Source: a virus. Taken from it: 64,000 bases of DNA. The notes beneath the pieces are model-generated. The model searched no databases, was not told the origin of the DNA, and worked only from the letters and a program-made list of their open reading frames with translations. Below, one piece after another: positions 29,998 through 39,399 of the stretch. Each line of letters opens with the position of its first letter. Positions within the stretch are counted from its first letter, which is position 1. The stretch lies in IMG/VR virus record IMGVR_UViG_3300042863_002274; one strand, written 5' to 3'. Both the position numbers and the translations under genes were made by a program.

Positions 29998-30150
29998 CTA
30001 CTCTGAAACAGTTTCACAATCATGGCCATAAAACCATTCGTTCGCTTCGTCCTCGTTCAGTAGGTCAAATAATCGCAAACATTCTAGGCAAATAACATTC
30101 TCGTGACTTGTCAGCATTTCTTTGATAAGACTCGTAGTTGTTTCTTTCAC
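29998..30150 (-). CDS. Small Cys-containing hypothetical protein
   Basis: GTGA overlap; stop TAG lies within the motif. Confidence 0.6.
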   Translation of the reverse strand: MKETTTSLIKEMLTSHENVICLECLRLFDLLNEDEANEWFYGHDCETVSE

Positions 30151-30386
30151 TTGATGCCCGCCAATTTCTTGAGTTCTTTCTTTATGTCTCGTGCTACTGG
30201 GCCACGCCATGTCGTAGCGTTGCTCAAAAAATACACCACGATATATTTCGCATTGTCCATGCCGTAAGTATCGTCAATACTTCCTAACGTGCTCATGGCG
30301 TCTAGGTACGGAACGGCCCCAAAATACGGATTAGTCCAATCGGCCCGAATATCCTTTGCAATGTCTGATAGTAATCTAGTTTCCAT
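30147..30386 (-). CDS. Conserved phage hypothetical protein
   Basis: IRADW.NPYFGAVPYLDAM...YFLSNATTWRG...IKKELK. Confidence 0.75.
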   Translation of the reverse strand: METRLLSDIAKDIRADWTNPYFGAVPYLDAMSTLGSIDDTYGMDNAKYIVVYFLSNATTWRGPVARDIKKELKKLAGIK

Positions 30387-30624
30387 TGCAAACCCATTCT
30401 TCCGCGAGCAAAGTCTCCATGTCGTCCATAATCGCTCCCCATACTTCGGGCATCGTGTAGTCCTCACCATCAGTATCACCACCTTTACCAGTGTTGCCAC
30501 TCTCGGTGATTAGACCCTCTGGTAAATCCACTGAATACCAAACGCCATTAAATCTACGAACCGTTATGGTTAGCCTATTGGCCCTAGCAAAAGCTTCACA
30601 CTTTGCCTTGGTTGATGTCCTCAT
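30376..30624 (-). CDS. Hypothetical protein
   Basis: GAAAGGGG RBS; module promoter at 30653-30696. Confidence 0.7.
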   Translation of the reverse strand: MRTSTKAKCEAFARANRLTITVRRFNGVWYSVDLPEGLITESGNTGKGGDTDGEDYTMPEVWGAIMDDMETLLAEEWVCNGN

Positions 30625-30959
30625 TATGTCCCCTTTCACTGGTACGACACAAATGTACCACGCACAGTACAGACTTTCCAAAAGTTATCTACTCTCAAGT
30701 TATCTCTCACTCCCCCGTGCAATGTCCGCTACTTGGCCTGGAAGTGTTGGGAGCCCCGATAAAAAGGCGAATTTACTTATCTACTCTATTAATCCTTGTA
30801 GGCGCGCGAGATGTAGCGCGTTGAGGGAACAGAACGCACCGGTAGCAATAACAATTGTTGCCAGGAAATCTGAATTAGTAATCAACCCCATGTATCCGGC
30901 AAACAAGCTCATCAATAAATGAAACATTGCGCTCTGTCTAAGTAGCGCTGCGAGAGTAT

Positions 30960-31253
30960 CTAATCCTTCGAGTAATGATTGCGCCATTGGCTCGGCGAGT
31001 GCGCGTCCTCTACCAATTGCCTGTGCTCTTCGCTCTCGTACATGCGAATTACGTGTATGCATGGGTCTCCCTCTTCGAATTCTTCTTCTTCTTCTTCGGA
31101 CATTGGTAACCCATCATGGGTGTAACAAACCGGTGGGCCGCACCATCCGGAATCCAGGCCAATTTTCATCCATTCATCAAAAGTCATTTTTTCTCCTTCT
31201 CTTAACCTGGCCATCATAGCGGCAGGGTCGAATCCCCACGCATCTTTCCCCAC
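30960..31253 (-). CDS. Conserved phage hypothetical protein
   Basis: W..IG...GWCGPPVCYTHDGLP...GDPCIHVIR. Confidence 0.7.
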   Translation of the reverse strand: MGKDAWGFDPAAMMARLREGEKMTFDEWMKIGLDSGWCGPPVCYTHDGLPMSEEEEEEFEEGDPCIHVIRMYESEEHRQLVEDAHSPSQWRNHYSKD

Positions 31254-31255
31254 GT

Positions 31256-31537
31256 CTACTTCTTTTCAGACTTGTAGGAGATTTTGGTGCCTGGGTTAAT
31301 AGACGTGCTGCTCACTTTTGTAACAGGAGTAACTCTCACTGTTGTAATAGACGCCGTACTAGACGTACTTGTAGACGCAATCTTTACTGGCTTTACTGTC
31401 TTACGTGGAAGAGCAATTCTCTTCTTGACTGCGGCCTTTATCTTGGCCGGTTTCTTTTCGACTGACTTCTTCTTCGGTGTTCCCACAGTTTTCTCCTTGA
31501 CGTTACGCGACAGCTTCGCGCTGGCTGTGAGAATCAT
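31256..31537 (-). CDS. Lys/Thr/Ser-rich basic (histone-like) protein
   Basis: Composition; aagggt RBS. Confidence 0.5.
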   Translation of the reverse strand: MILTASAKLSRNVKEKTVGTPKKKSVEKKPAKIKAAVKKRIALPRKTVKPVKIASTSTSSTASITTVRVTPVTKVSSTSINPGTKISYKSEKK

Positions 31538-31565
31538 ACCCTTTTTTTCGCATCGCGCGCACCAG

Positions 31566-31702
31566 CGGGGCTTTCGACCGAAGGGAGAAAGTCACGGAGG
31601 GGGAGACGAGAGATATGTCCGATTGAAATTATTCACAGGCAACGTTGAGCGCAAGCAACAGAGTAGATAACTTTTGGAAGTCTGTACCTCGTGTGGTATG
31701 TT
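31566..31702 (+). promoter_or_regulatory. Regulatory module with SigA-type promoter
   Basis: CGGGGCT, GAGAGATA, AGAGTAGATAACT, TTGGAA(31674)-17-TATGTT(31697). Confidence 0.8.
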
Positions 31703-31730
31703 TATGGCAGCCAAGTGAAAGGGGCAGCCA

Positions 31731-32075
31731 ATGAAAAATAAAAGTTACACAAGTTTTGATGAGTGGTATGAAGCGTTAGATTGGGCGAATAAAGGCAATC
31801 GTGAATTGAGTTTTATCGGAACGTCGCTGGGCACCGATGTGGTGGACACATGGGAAAACGAAAAATCTCGTTTAGAAATCCACGCAGATTATTGCGAGTA
31901 CATGGCCTATGGCATTGGGACGGATACACACTGTGTCATTAAGTGCTACAAGATTGTTATCTGGAAAGACAAATCCATTATTCATGACCCCGTACTTGAC
32001 GATGCTGACAGTCATAACGATGCTCTTAAAATGTTTACGGACTACAAAAAAATGATTTTGGACGGAAGGTACTGA
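31731..32075 (+). CDS. Hypothetical protein
   Basis: GAAAGGGG RBS; TGA overlaps the motif. Confidence 0.75.
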   Translation: MKNKSYTSFDEWYEALDWANKGNRELSFIGTSLGTDVVDTWENEKSRLEIHADYCEYMAYGIGTDTHCVIKCYKIVIWKDKSIIHDPVLDDADSHNDALKMFTDYKKMILDGRY

Positions 32076-32413
32076 GAGTAGATAACTCCCCGGCATCGTC
32101 TCCCGTCCATGCGAGAAAAGTCTCGTATGGATAGGGAATCCGATAGCCCCGCAACAGTCGGGGCGGAGCGGGGCTCCGTTTTCTGCGCTGGACTTGCCGC
32201 GGACGGGGGTTTGAGAGATAACCAGGGAGCTGGGCGCGGAGCTGGCAAAAAGCCAGGCAACAAGAGTAGATAACGCGTGTTTGTGTTTGTAACGAAACTG
32301 ACGGGTTGCTAAACGCCACTCGTTACAGGCAAAGGGTTTTAGAAGGAAATAAGAAAGTCTGTACCACGCTTTGTACAATTAAAATTAAAAAGCCAAAACA
32401 ACAAGGAGCACAC

Positions 32414-33007
32414 ATGAACACCCACCCAAATCACACAGCAGTCGTAGAGGCCATCAAGGCGCTACCTGCTTACACAGACCCACAGACATTCTTTGAGTCC
32501 GAGCTGGCCGAGTGCTTCTCAGACGAGGAGCTCGTAGCAGCTTTCGGTTGGGACGGAGAGAAGGCGCTCACACCAAAGCAAGCGGTCAAGGCAGTCAAAG
32601 CGCGTAACGAGGTTCGTAACGATGTCTACGGCTGGATAATTGAGGAAGGTGACCGCGAGCGCAATGCAGCCCTGGAAGCGAACGCCCGTGACCGCGAAGA
32701 AGCGAATCGCTGTGGTTGGCTCGTGGAAAAGAATTGGGAAGCAGCATTCCCGTTCACTCCGATTCCCGAGCTCTCGGATGAAGAGAACGCCCAATACGAG
32801 TTCGACTACTGGGAAGGCCTTGGCGAACGAGCTGCAGAGTCAGGCAACCGCTACGCAATCGTTGATTGCGGTGCGAAGGTCTCAGACGTCATCCGCAACG
32901 GCGTACGGGTTGGTTGGCAGTGCGAAGGTGGCCACCGCTCCATCAGCCTGGAGCACATGACGCAAGAAGAACAGGACGAGCAGTACCGCCTGGATTACGC
33001 CGAGTAG
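32414..33007 (+). CDS. Hypothetical acidic protein
   Basis: aaggag RBS before ATG 32414; stop lies in the motif. Confidence 0.75.
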   Translation: MNTHPNHTAVVEAIKALPAYTDPQTFFESELAECFSDEELVAAFGWDGEKALTPKQAVKAVKARNEVRNDVYGWIIEEGDRERNAALEANARDREEANRCGWLVEKNWEAAFPFTPIPELSDEENAQYEFDYWEGLGERAAESGNRYAIVDCGAKVSDVIRNGVRVGWQCEGGHRSISLEHMTQEEQDEQYRLDYAE

Positions 33008-33306
33008 ATAATCCACGACCCGCTCCCGTTCATGCGAGAACAACCTCGCGAAGCGGGGGCGTTAGTCGGTGACAGCCGGGGCTTTCACCCCAAAGGGGTG
33101 GCAAGCAGGAGGCAGAGCCCCGTTGGGAATGGGAGTGCTGGCGAAATGGGGGAGAGGAGAGATAAGTGTGATTGCGAGGGGGTTCAGACGGGGGCAATGG
33201 GGCTGACTTTGAGAGTAGATAACTCGCAAGCAAACAGAGTAGATAACTATGGGAAGCCTGTTCCAGCGGTGGTACAGTTAGGGCGTTCCAACTGAAAGGG
33301 GAAATC

Positions 33307-33786
33307 ATGACCACACAAGCCGACTTTGACAAGGCGTATGACTACTTGCGAGATAACCATACTCGCAATGACTTTTACAAAAGCCTGTTCATGCAATTTG
33401 AGAGCAAGGGCGTTCTGTCCGAGAAGCAAATACTCGCTGTTCTGCGAGGTATTGAGCGTGACCGCAATAGCGCAAAAGCGAGCCTTGACCCTGTTACCGA
33501 AATCGGTATGTACCGTGACGGCGAAACCGTTTACCGTGTCAAGCACAATAAGCAAAAAACAGCAATGTACGCAATGCGTTTCGTTCCCGAGGGTGCAACG
33601 AAATCAGACCGTTTCGTATTTGAGGGCGGTGCGTTCTATCGCCTTACTGCGAGTATGCGTATGACCGTTCCCGAGTGCGCTGAACTTGGGCAACATTTCT
33701 CAATGTGCGTTATCTGTGGGGCAGACCTGACTGACCCTAAGAGCGTTGCTAGAGGCATGGGTAGCACCTGTGCAGGAAAGGTGTGA
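33307..33786 (+). CDS. DUF6011-like Zn-finger protein
   Basis: CVICGADLTDPKSVARGMGSTCA; LSEKQ motif. Confidence 0.75.
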   Translation: MTTQADFDKAYDYLRDNHTRNDFYKSLFMQFESKGVLSEKQILAVLRGIERDRNSAKASLDPVTEIGMYRDGETVYRVKHNKQKTAMYAMRFVPEGATKSDRFVFEGGAFYRLTASMRMTVPECAELGQHFSMCVICGADLTDPKSVARGMGSTCAGKV

Positions 33787-33965
33787 GCGTCATGAATGAT
33801 GTATGTGCAAAGTGTGAGTGCGAACTCGCCTACTACGAGGCAAATGTAAGTTCACGCCTTGACGGTGCGTACTGCGCCGAGTGTTACGACCTAGCCATTG
33901 AGGGCTTGTGTGAGAGCGAGGAGAGCGTTCGCTACGAGCGTTCTGCCTACGGATACGGAGATTAA
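33783..33965 (+). CDS. Small Zn-binding protein
   Basis: CAKC...CAEC. Confidence 0.6.
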   Translation: MSVMNDVCAKCECELAYYEANVSSRLDGAYCAECYDLAIEGLCESEESVRYERSAYGYGD

Positions 33966-33968
33966 GCC

Positions 33969-34277
33969 ATGAATGAATTAGACGACACAGATACGCCCGT
34001 GCTGACGCATGAGGACTGCCTTGATTACGACAATCCTGACTCGCCTTGTGACGGTTCTGTGAACTACGAAATCACTATTCCTGTGCGCTACTACCGTTCG
34101 GGTGCGTTCGTTACCTTCCCACGCTGTGAGAAGCATTATGAGGCGTACTACGAGGCGTGTGAAGCCCGTGAGAACCGTGAGCGTGAATATCAAGCCAGCC
34201 TGTATTGCAAGCACGGCACCTATGTGGGTGACGCTTGGGGTGCTGACTACCTGTGTGGCAGGTGCGAAAGCGAATAG
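33969..34277 (+). CDS. Cys-rich hypothetical protein
   Basis: CLD...CDG...PRCEKH...CKHG...CGRCE. Confidence 0.7.
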   Translation: MNELDDTDTPVLTHEDCLDYDNPDSPCDGSVNYEITIPVRYYRSGAFVTFPRCEKHYEAYYEACEARENREREYQASLYCKHGTYVGDAWGADYLCGRCESE

Positions 34278-34325
34278 CCCGAAGTTATCTACTCTCATTA
34301 GCGTGATGGGAGTAGATAACGCTGT

Positions 34326-34628
34326 CTAGTGTCCTCTACGGAAGTGCCAGCCCTCGGGGTATTCCTCGGGGGTGTACTCGCCCTCGGGGAGAATGAGGTA
34401 GAGCGTGAACTCGTGCCACGCTTCCTCTGCGACCCAGCAACCGTTCCAGTCCTCGCAATACGGCAGGAAGCGTTCTGTGAACTCGTGCCACTCACGAGAG
34501 CGATAGCGAACACGGGTAGCGCAACGGCAATACGAGTCCACCTCGTAATCAAAGAAGTCACGCCTGTTCCATTCGTGGCGTGGTTTGAGCGTGTACGGGA
34601 GTGGGGTTCGTGAATAGTAAGTAGTCAT
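34326..34628 (-). CDS. Hypothetical protein
   Basis: TTGACA...TAAT-type promoter just upstream; probably leaderless. Confidence 0.6.
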   Translation of the reverse strand: MTTYYSRTPLPYTLKPRHEWNRRDFFDYEVDSYCRCATRVRYRSREWHEFTERFLPYCEDWNGCWVAEEAWHEFTLYLILPEGEYTPEEYPEGWHFRRGH

Positions 34629-34675
34629 ACTTATTACAAGGGGCGTTGCGTGTCGGAATGTCAAACGCCCAGCAA

Positions 34676-34866
34676 AGTTATCTACTCTCATTGACCCAGC
34701 AAGGAGATGGAGTTATCTCTCATCACCCCCATGCGCCTTCGGCTCGCCTTTTGGGGAACAGCCCCGCCATTGTCGGCGAACAGCCGGGGCTATCTCCATA
34801 AACTAAAAAGAATAAACGGGGGGGTGAGGGATAAGTTTGGGAAGTTTGTACCTACGCTGGTACAGT
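34676..34866. promoter_or_regulatory. Divergent, symmetric regulatory module
   Basis: TTATCTACTCTC and TTATCTCTC left of AGCCCCG-N18-CGGGGCT; GAGGGATAA and promoter to the right. Confidence 0.75.
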
Positions 34867-34908
34867 TCACAGGTCAGCAACTACCAACCCTGCTGGCAGG
34901 AGAGAAAA

Positions 34909-35355
34909 ATGTCCACAAAAAATATCAGCGTGAAGGTGAAAGTAAGTGTTCTTATTGACGCCTTACAAAAAGCGTTAGCAGAGCGTGAAGTACGCTTCTC
35001 AAAAAACGAAAAAACAGAAGCCGATTACAAAAAGGCGCAAGAAAAATGGGAAGCCGATTTTGTGAAAGCAGTTGTAGCACTCGTAAAGAACGGCAAAGCG
35101 AAAGCCAAAAAAGCAAGCGAGACACACTTCTACCGTCACGGTTCTGACGCGAGTACCACTACAACATCAGTAGAACTCGTACTAGAAGTCCCTAATTCTG
35201 TTATCTCCGCGAAGCCTGAAAGCCCTGATACCTACCGCGAGTGGGAATACCGCGCAGACAAAGACGCCTTGGAAAGTGCCATTCGCGTATTACAAATGTG
35301 TGACAACGAAGTAGTGTCCACAAGTACCTACCACAGCGTGGTGAAGTACCTCTAA
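34909..35355 (+). CDS. Hypothetical coiled-coil protein
   Basis: aggag RBS. Confidence 0.75.
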   Translation: MSTKNISVKVKVSVLIDALQKALAEREVRFSKNEKTEADYKKAQEKWEADFVKAVVALVKNGKAKAKKASETHFYRHGSDASTTTTSVELVLEVPNSVISAKPESPDTYREWEYRADKDALESAIRVLQMCDNEVVSTSTYHSVVKYL

Positions 35356-35388
35356 CCCCCTTTCACTCCATAAGAGTGCTTCACCCCT

Positions 35389-35431
35389 AAAAACGGGCTG
35401 GCTTGCCAAATGGTGAGTTAGCCCGTTTTTT
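35389..35431. terminator. Bidirectional terminator
   Basis: aaaaacgggctggctt...gagttagcccgttttt. Confidence 0.7.
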
Positions 35432-35435
35432 GTAT

Positions 35436-35609
35436 CTACTCTGTAATGGGAGTAGATAAGTCCGAAACGAGCCCGAACTTAGACCTAGCAAGAATGGCTC
35501 GCGTTTCGTCATTGGCTTCACGCACAAGAGTAGTGAGCCTGTTCGCCTCGCGAGTGAGTTGCTCTATTCGAGCCAATCGCTTCTCGTAATCCCATAAATA
35601 AATTGTCAT
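35436..35609 (-). CDS. 57-aa hypothetical protein not in the ORF track (MTIYLWDYEKRLARIEQ...PITE*)
   Basis: Manual translation; ends with GAG TAG inside a motif copy. Confidence 0.5.
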   Translation of the reverse strand: MTIYLWDYEKRLARIEQLTREANRLTTLVREANDETRAILARSKFGLVSDLSTPITE

Positions 35610-35802
35610 TATTCACCACTTATTTTTGTCCCTGATAGCGGGGCTTTTCCCCGAATGGGGCGAAAGTCGTACACGGGGGGTTTGAGAGATAACCGTACTC
35701 CTGTGGGGTTTGTCGGGTGGGAACTATTGAGAGTAGATAACTTTGGCAAGTCTGTCCTAGTGGTGGTACGATACGGGTGTTCACAAATGAAAGGGGACAC
35801 AA

Positions 35803-36267
35803 ATGGCAACACGAGCAATCGTGGCACACTCAACATCAGAGAGTGCTGGCACATGGCAAGGCAGGTATTCACATTGGGACAATTACCCAGAGCGAATGAC
35901 TTATGTATTAGGCGAATTAGTAGCAAGAGATGGAGTAGATAAGGTCATCAAGACACTTATCACCGATACGGCTTCATGGTCACAAGTAGAACCAATGGCA
36001 AAAAGTGGCGAGCCTAATCTCTATGAGGACAAAGCACTAATAGAGGGCTACGGATACGCACACACAGACATAGAACTAGACGACCCTTACGCATTGTTCA
36101 CGGATACAGATACAGATTTTGCGTGGTGTGATTATGTGTACATTATTCATCACGACTATTTGGAAGTTCGCACAATCGTCAGAGATGAAACGACACACCT
36201 ACTCACGACTGAACCTCTAAGCCGTCACGCTTGGGACACAATCGCAATCAAAGAGGTAACAGCATGA
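35803..36267 (+). CDS. Conserved phage hypothetical protein
   Basis: MATRA...YSHWDNYP...DYVYI pattern; GAAAGGGG RBS. Confidence 0.75.
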   Translation: MATRAIVAHSTSESAGTWQGRYSHWDNYPERMTYVLGELVARDGVDKVIKTLITDTASWSQVEPMAKSGEPNLYEDKALIEGYGYAHTDIELDDPYALFTDTDTDFAWCDYVYIIHHDYLEVRTIVRDETTHLLTTEPLSRHAWDTIAIKEVTA

Positions 36268-36551
36268 GAGTAGATAAGTACGCTCTACGCCGTTTCATAA
36301 TCTCTATCCCGTTAGTCATCACCTTGCTAGGTGCTTGCTGGTGGGGACTGAATGAAGTAATACAACAGCCTTCATTCTCTTGTGACACGCACATCGTGGA
36401 TATCAAAAGTGGGGACACTCTGTACAACATTGCTCACCGTCATTGTTCAGGTGACATTCAGGAAGTCATCAGCAGGCTCGTGTCAATCTACGGCACACAA
36501 CTAGACACATGGCAGACCGTTCACCTGCCCATCACCTCGCCTCGCCCCTAG
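36264..36551 (+). CDS. Membrane-anchored LysM-domain protein
   Basis: TM segment then VDIKSGDTLYNIA; starts MRVDK (encoded by the motif). Confidence 0.75.
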   Translation: MRVDKYALRRFIISIPLVITLLGACWWGLNEVIQQPSFSCDTHIVDIKSGDTLYNIAHRHCSGDIQEVISRLVSIYGTQLDTWQTVHLPITSPRP

Positions 36552-36578
36552 CACCACCACGCAGGGCGAGCCTGTTCG

Positions 36579-36874
36579 GAGTTATCTACTTTCATACCCC
36601 TTTCTATTAGAGAGTAGATAACTCCCCCCTCTCTTTTTTTGTTCGTTCGGGGGAATAGCCCCGCTGCGCTCGGTTGTCCCCGGGGCTTTTCCCAAAAAGG
36701 GAAAAGCGGAGACGACGGGGGTGGTGAGAGATAAGTCCTGCTCGTGAGGGCGAACGGAAAGACAATCCCTGACATCACCACAACCAATTCACGGTGGTGG
36801 AAGAAGCCTCGGAATGAGAGTAGATAACTTTCTGTCAAGCAATGTTGGAAAGTCTGTGGCAAGGGGTGTATGCT
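36579..36874 (+). promoter_or_regulatory. Complete regulatory module
   Basis: Inverted motif pair; AGCCCCG(36657)-N17-CGGGGCT; hairpin; GAGAGATAA; ACGGTGGTGGAAG; GAGAGTAGATAACT; promoter. Confidence 0.85.
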
Positions 36875-36933
36875 TGTGGCAAGCCACAAGCAACACGGCG
36901 TGTGGCGTTCATCTACCAGTGAAAGGGTATCCA

Positions 36934-37329
36934 ATGAACAAGGAAATAGACAAAGCAACCGAGGCGTTTCTAAACGCTCTCACAGCCAAAGAACAAGCCG
37001 AGCAGGCTCACGAGGAAGCACGAGAACTACTGGTTGCCGTGTACGCAAAGCATGGTGTTGAGACACTTGACTACGCTGAAATCAACATCAAACTCAGCCC
37101 GTCTGACCGTCGTTCATTTGACATTGAGAAGTTGCGTGACCTAATCAGCGCACCATTGTTCCGTACCATCACAAAGCCAAGCGTGGACACGCCAGCATGG
37201 GACAGAGCAGTTCGTGAAGGCAAAGTACCTACCAAGGTCATCAAAGCCGTTGTATCAGTCACATCATCTGTACGAGTGCTTGTACGACCAGCGAAGGGTG
37301 CAGTCAAGCCGACTGCCAAGACTGCCTAA
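36934..37329 (+). CDS. Hypothetical phage protein
   Basis: gaaagggt RBS. Confidence 0.75.
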   Translation: MNKEIDKATEAFLNALTAKEQAEQAHEEARELLVAVYAKHGVETLDYAEINIKLSPSDRRSFDIEKLRDLISAPLFRTITKPSVDTPAWDRAVREGKVPTKVIKAVVSVTSSVRVLVRPAKGAVKPTAKTA

Positions 37330-37462
37330 TCAAGCCGAGTAATTAGTGGGGGCGCAAGCCCCCATTGGTTCGGCAGGTTCAGAGTAGATAAGTCCAAGTT
37401 GTGAAAGTCTGTACTACGAGTGGTACGCTTCACATGTCATCCGCAAACGAAAGAGGTACGCA

Positions 37463-37909
37463 ATGGCAACAGCAGTAGTAATTAGGTCTAGTGGTGAGGT
37501 ATTCACACAAGACATTCCAACCGAGGACGGTCACACACTCATTCACGAAATCGTGGGTGGTTGGTTTGACTGTGTAAGAGGCGAGGAAATCGTTGGCTAT
37601 GTCCACGATGAAGGTTTGCTTATCGGTCTCCCCCTGAACGCTGTGGCGTCCATGTTGTTTCAGCGTCCACTTGTGGGTGACTGTGTTGTTATCGGCTCTC
37701 TCAATGAGCAAGGCGAGTATGACGGAGAGAACCACGATGTGCCCGTTGCGTTCACATCAGGACGCTTCTTTGACTTTGCAAAAGAAATTGCGGAAAGCGA
37801 AGTAATCCAAGCAATGCTTGCGAAGGCAATTTCCGAAATGGACTTTGCACCTACCATCGTGCCAATGGACGATGAGCAAATCAACGCATGGCTCAACGGG
37901 GAAGGGTAA
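37463..37909 (+). CDS. DUF3846-like protein
   Basis: IVGGWFDCV...YVHDEGLLIGLPLN...LVGDCVVIG. Confidence 0.75.
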   Translation: MATAVVIRSSGEVFTQDIPTEDGHTLIHEIVGGWFDCVRGEEIVGYVHDEGLLIGLPLNAVASMLFQRPLVGDCVVIGSLNEQGEYDGENHDVPVAFTSGRFFDFAKEIAESEVIQAMLAKAISEMDFAPTIVPMDDEQINAWLNGEG

Positions 37910-37913
37910 GAAC

Positions 37914-38231
37914 ATGGGAGTAGATAAGTCACCTACCGAGACATACCCCATGCGCATACTGAAAGTGGGTGACTCGTTCACCCCTAGCAGTGGCAGTAAC
38001 CCTGTCACCATTCTCGCATGCTGGCTATCTCGCCCGTCTGATATTGACGCCTACGCCGTGTGGGTGGTTCTCTGTCTGTTGCCACACAACACGCTCCACC
38101 CGTTCGCAGTGTGGAACGCCGTTGACCGTCCAGAGGGCTGGCACATGGAGAACGGCGATTACCGTGAGACCATCACCGAGGCTACGGCTCAATACGAACG
38201 GCGTGGTGGGCAGTACCACCTATCTGATTAA
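37914..38231 (+). CDS. Hypothetical protein
   Basis: Starts MGVDK (encoded by the motif). Confidence 0.65.
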   Translation: MGVDKSPTETYPMRILKVGDSFTPSSGSNPVTILACWLSRPSDIDAYAVWVVLCLLPHNTLHPFAVWNAVDRPEGWHMENGDYRETITEATAQYERRGGQYHLSD

Positions 38232-38241
38232 TTCACCCGAG

Positions 38242-38506
38242 ACTTATCTACTCTGCTTGCTCTCTCGGGGGTGAGTAGAGTAGATAACTTTTTTCTTGCC
38301 TTGCTTTGGGGGAACAGCCCCGCTGCGCTTGGGTTCGCCCGGGGCTATTGCCCGAAAGGGCAAAGCAGGCGCACACGGGGGAGACGAGAGATAAGTACGG
38401 CGAGGCGCAAGTGAACGGGAAGTGTGTCACCACGCCACAACACAATGACGGTGGTGGAAGAACAGAGTAGATAACTCGGGGAAGTCTGTCCCGTGTGTGG
38501 TACGCT
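38242..38506 (+). promoter_or_regulatory. Complete regulatory module
   Basis: Same element order as 36579-36874; inverted repeat at 38316-38346. Confidence 0.85.
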
Positions 38507-38542
38507 GACGGTGTTCCACTAACACCAATGAAAGGGTACCCA

Positions 38543-39013
38543 ATGGACACAGTAGCAATAGCAGTAGAGATAGAGAGTCAAATACACTCCCTACTCTCAA
38601 AGGGAGACGAGCCAACTCCGTTCGTCATGGAAGGCGCACACCTTTACGGTGTGGATTACACAGCCGAAGGCACGCCGAAACTCATGTTCATTGAGTCTCA
38701 CGCTGATGTGTATGACCTGCTTGACAATGACTACAACGCCTTGGTAGCAAGCGCATACGCTTGGACACTTATCGTCACGACAGGTTGGGCTGCACCACTC
38801 AATCCTGACGGCAACATTGACAAAGCACCTTCACAACACGCAGAGCGTCGTCGTGTTCGTCTGTCTTGTATCGCTAACCGTCAGAGCGTTGCCAGCGTGT
38901 TGCGGTTCGCTGATGAGCCTGATGATGTAATCACAGACGAAGGTAGCGCAAGCGGTTCACTCGCTAACGCAATCCAGCAGTTCGTACAGTCAGGCGCAAC
39001 CAAGAGCAACTAG
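38543..39013 (+). CDS. Conserved hypothetical protein
   Basis: TTGWAAPL...PSQHAERRRVRL; RBS. Confidence 0.75.
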   Translation: MDTVAIAVEIESQIHSLLSKGDEPTPFVMEGAHLYGVDYTAEGTPKLMFIESHADVYDLLDNDYNALVASAYAWTLIVTTGWAAPLNPDGNIDKAPSQHAERRRVRLSCIANRQSVASVLRFADEPDDVITDEGSASGSLANAIQQFVQSGATKSN

Positions 39014-39039
39014 CGCACAGTCCTAAGTTCCCCTAATCG

Positions 39040-39075
39040 GAAGTCCCCGTCAGTCCCCCCCTGACGGGGACTTTC
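39040..39075 (+). terminator. Intrinsic terminator hairpin
   Basis: aagtccccgtcag...ctgacggggacttt. Confidence 0.7.
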
Positions 39076-39360
39076 ACTTATCTACTCTCTTACCAACACG
39101 GCCAGCCTTTCGTCAGAGTAGATAACTTTTCAGCTCGCCGTGTTTCCAACCAATCTGTCGGTTATCTCTCACTCCCCCACAGGCGCACTCTTGGCAGATA
39201 GCCCCGGCAGGAACCTAGCGAAGCGGGGCTTTTCACTCAAAGGGGGAGAAAGCGAACAACGGGGGGATGAGAGATAAGTCGGGGGCAGAACGGTCTCTCT
39301 GTGTTGCGAAAGAATGAGAGTAGATAACTATTTGGAAGTCTGTACTCATCGTGGTACATT
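39076..39360 (+). promoter_or_regulatory. Complete regulatory module
   Basis: Inverted repeat 39200-39230 flanked by inverted GAGAGATAA boxes; TTGGAA(39332)-17-TACATT(39355). Confidence 0.85.
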
Positions 39361-39399
39361 GTGTTTGGCAACAACTGCCATACCTGAAAGGGGTATCTC

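Noticed and set aside
36814-36933. Upstream ORF-track extensions such as MRVDNF... (also 34691, 32306, 24532, 13001, 17316)
   Set aside because: They run through promoter modules, RNA genes or upstream CDSs; better RBS-supported starts lie downstream
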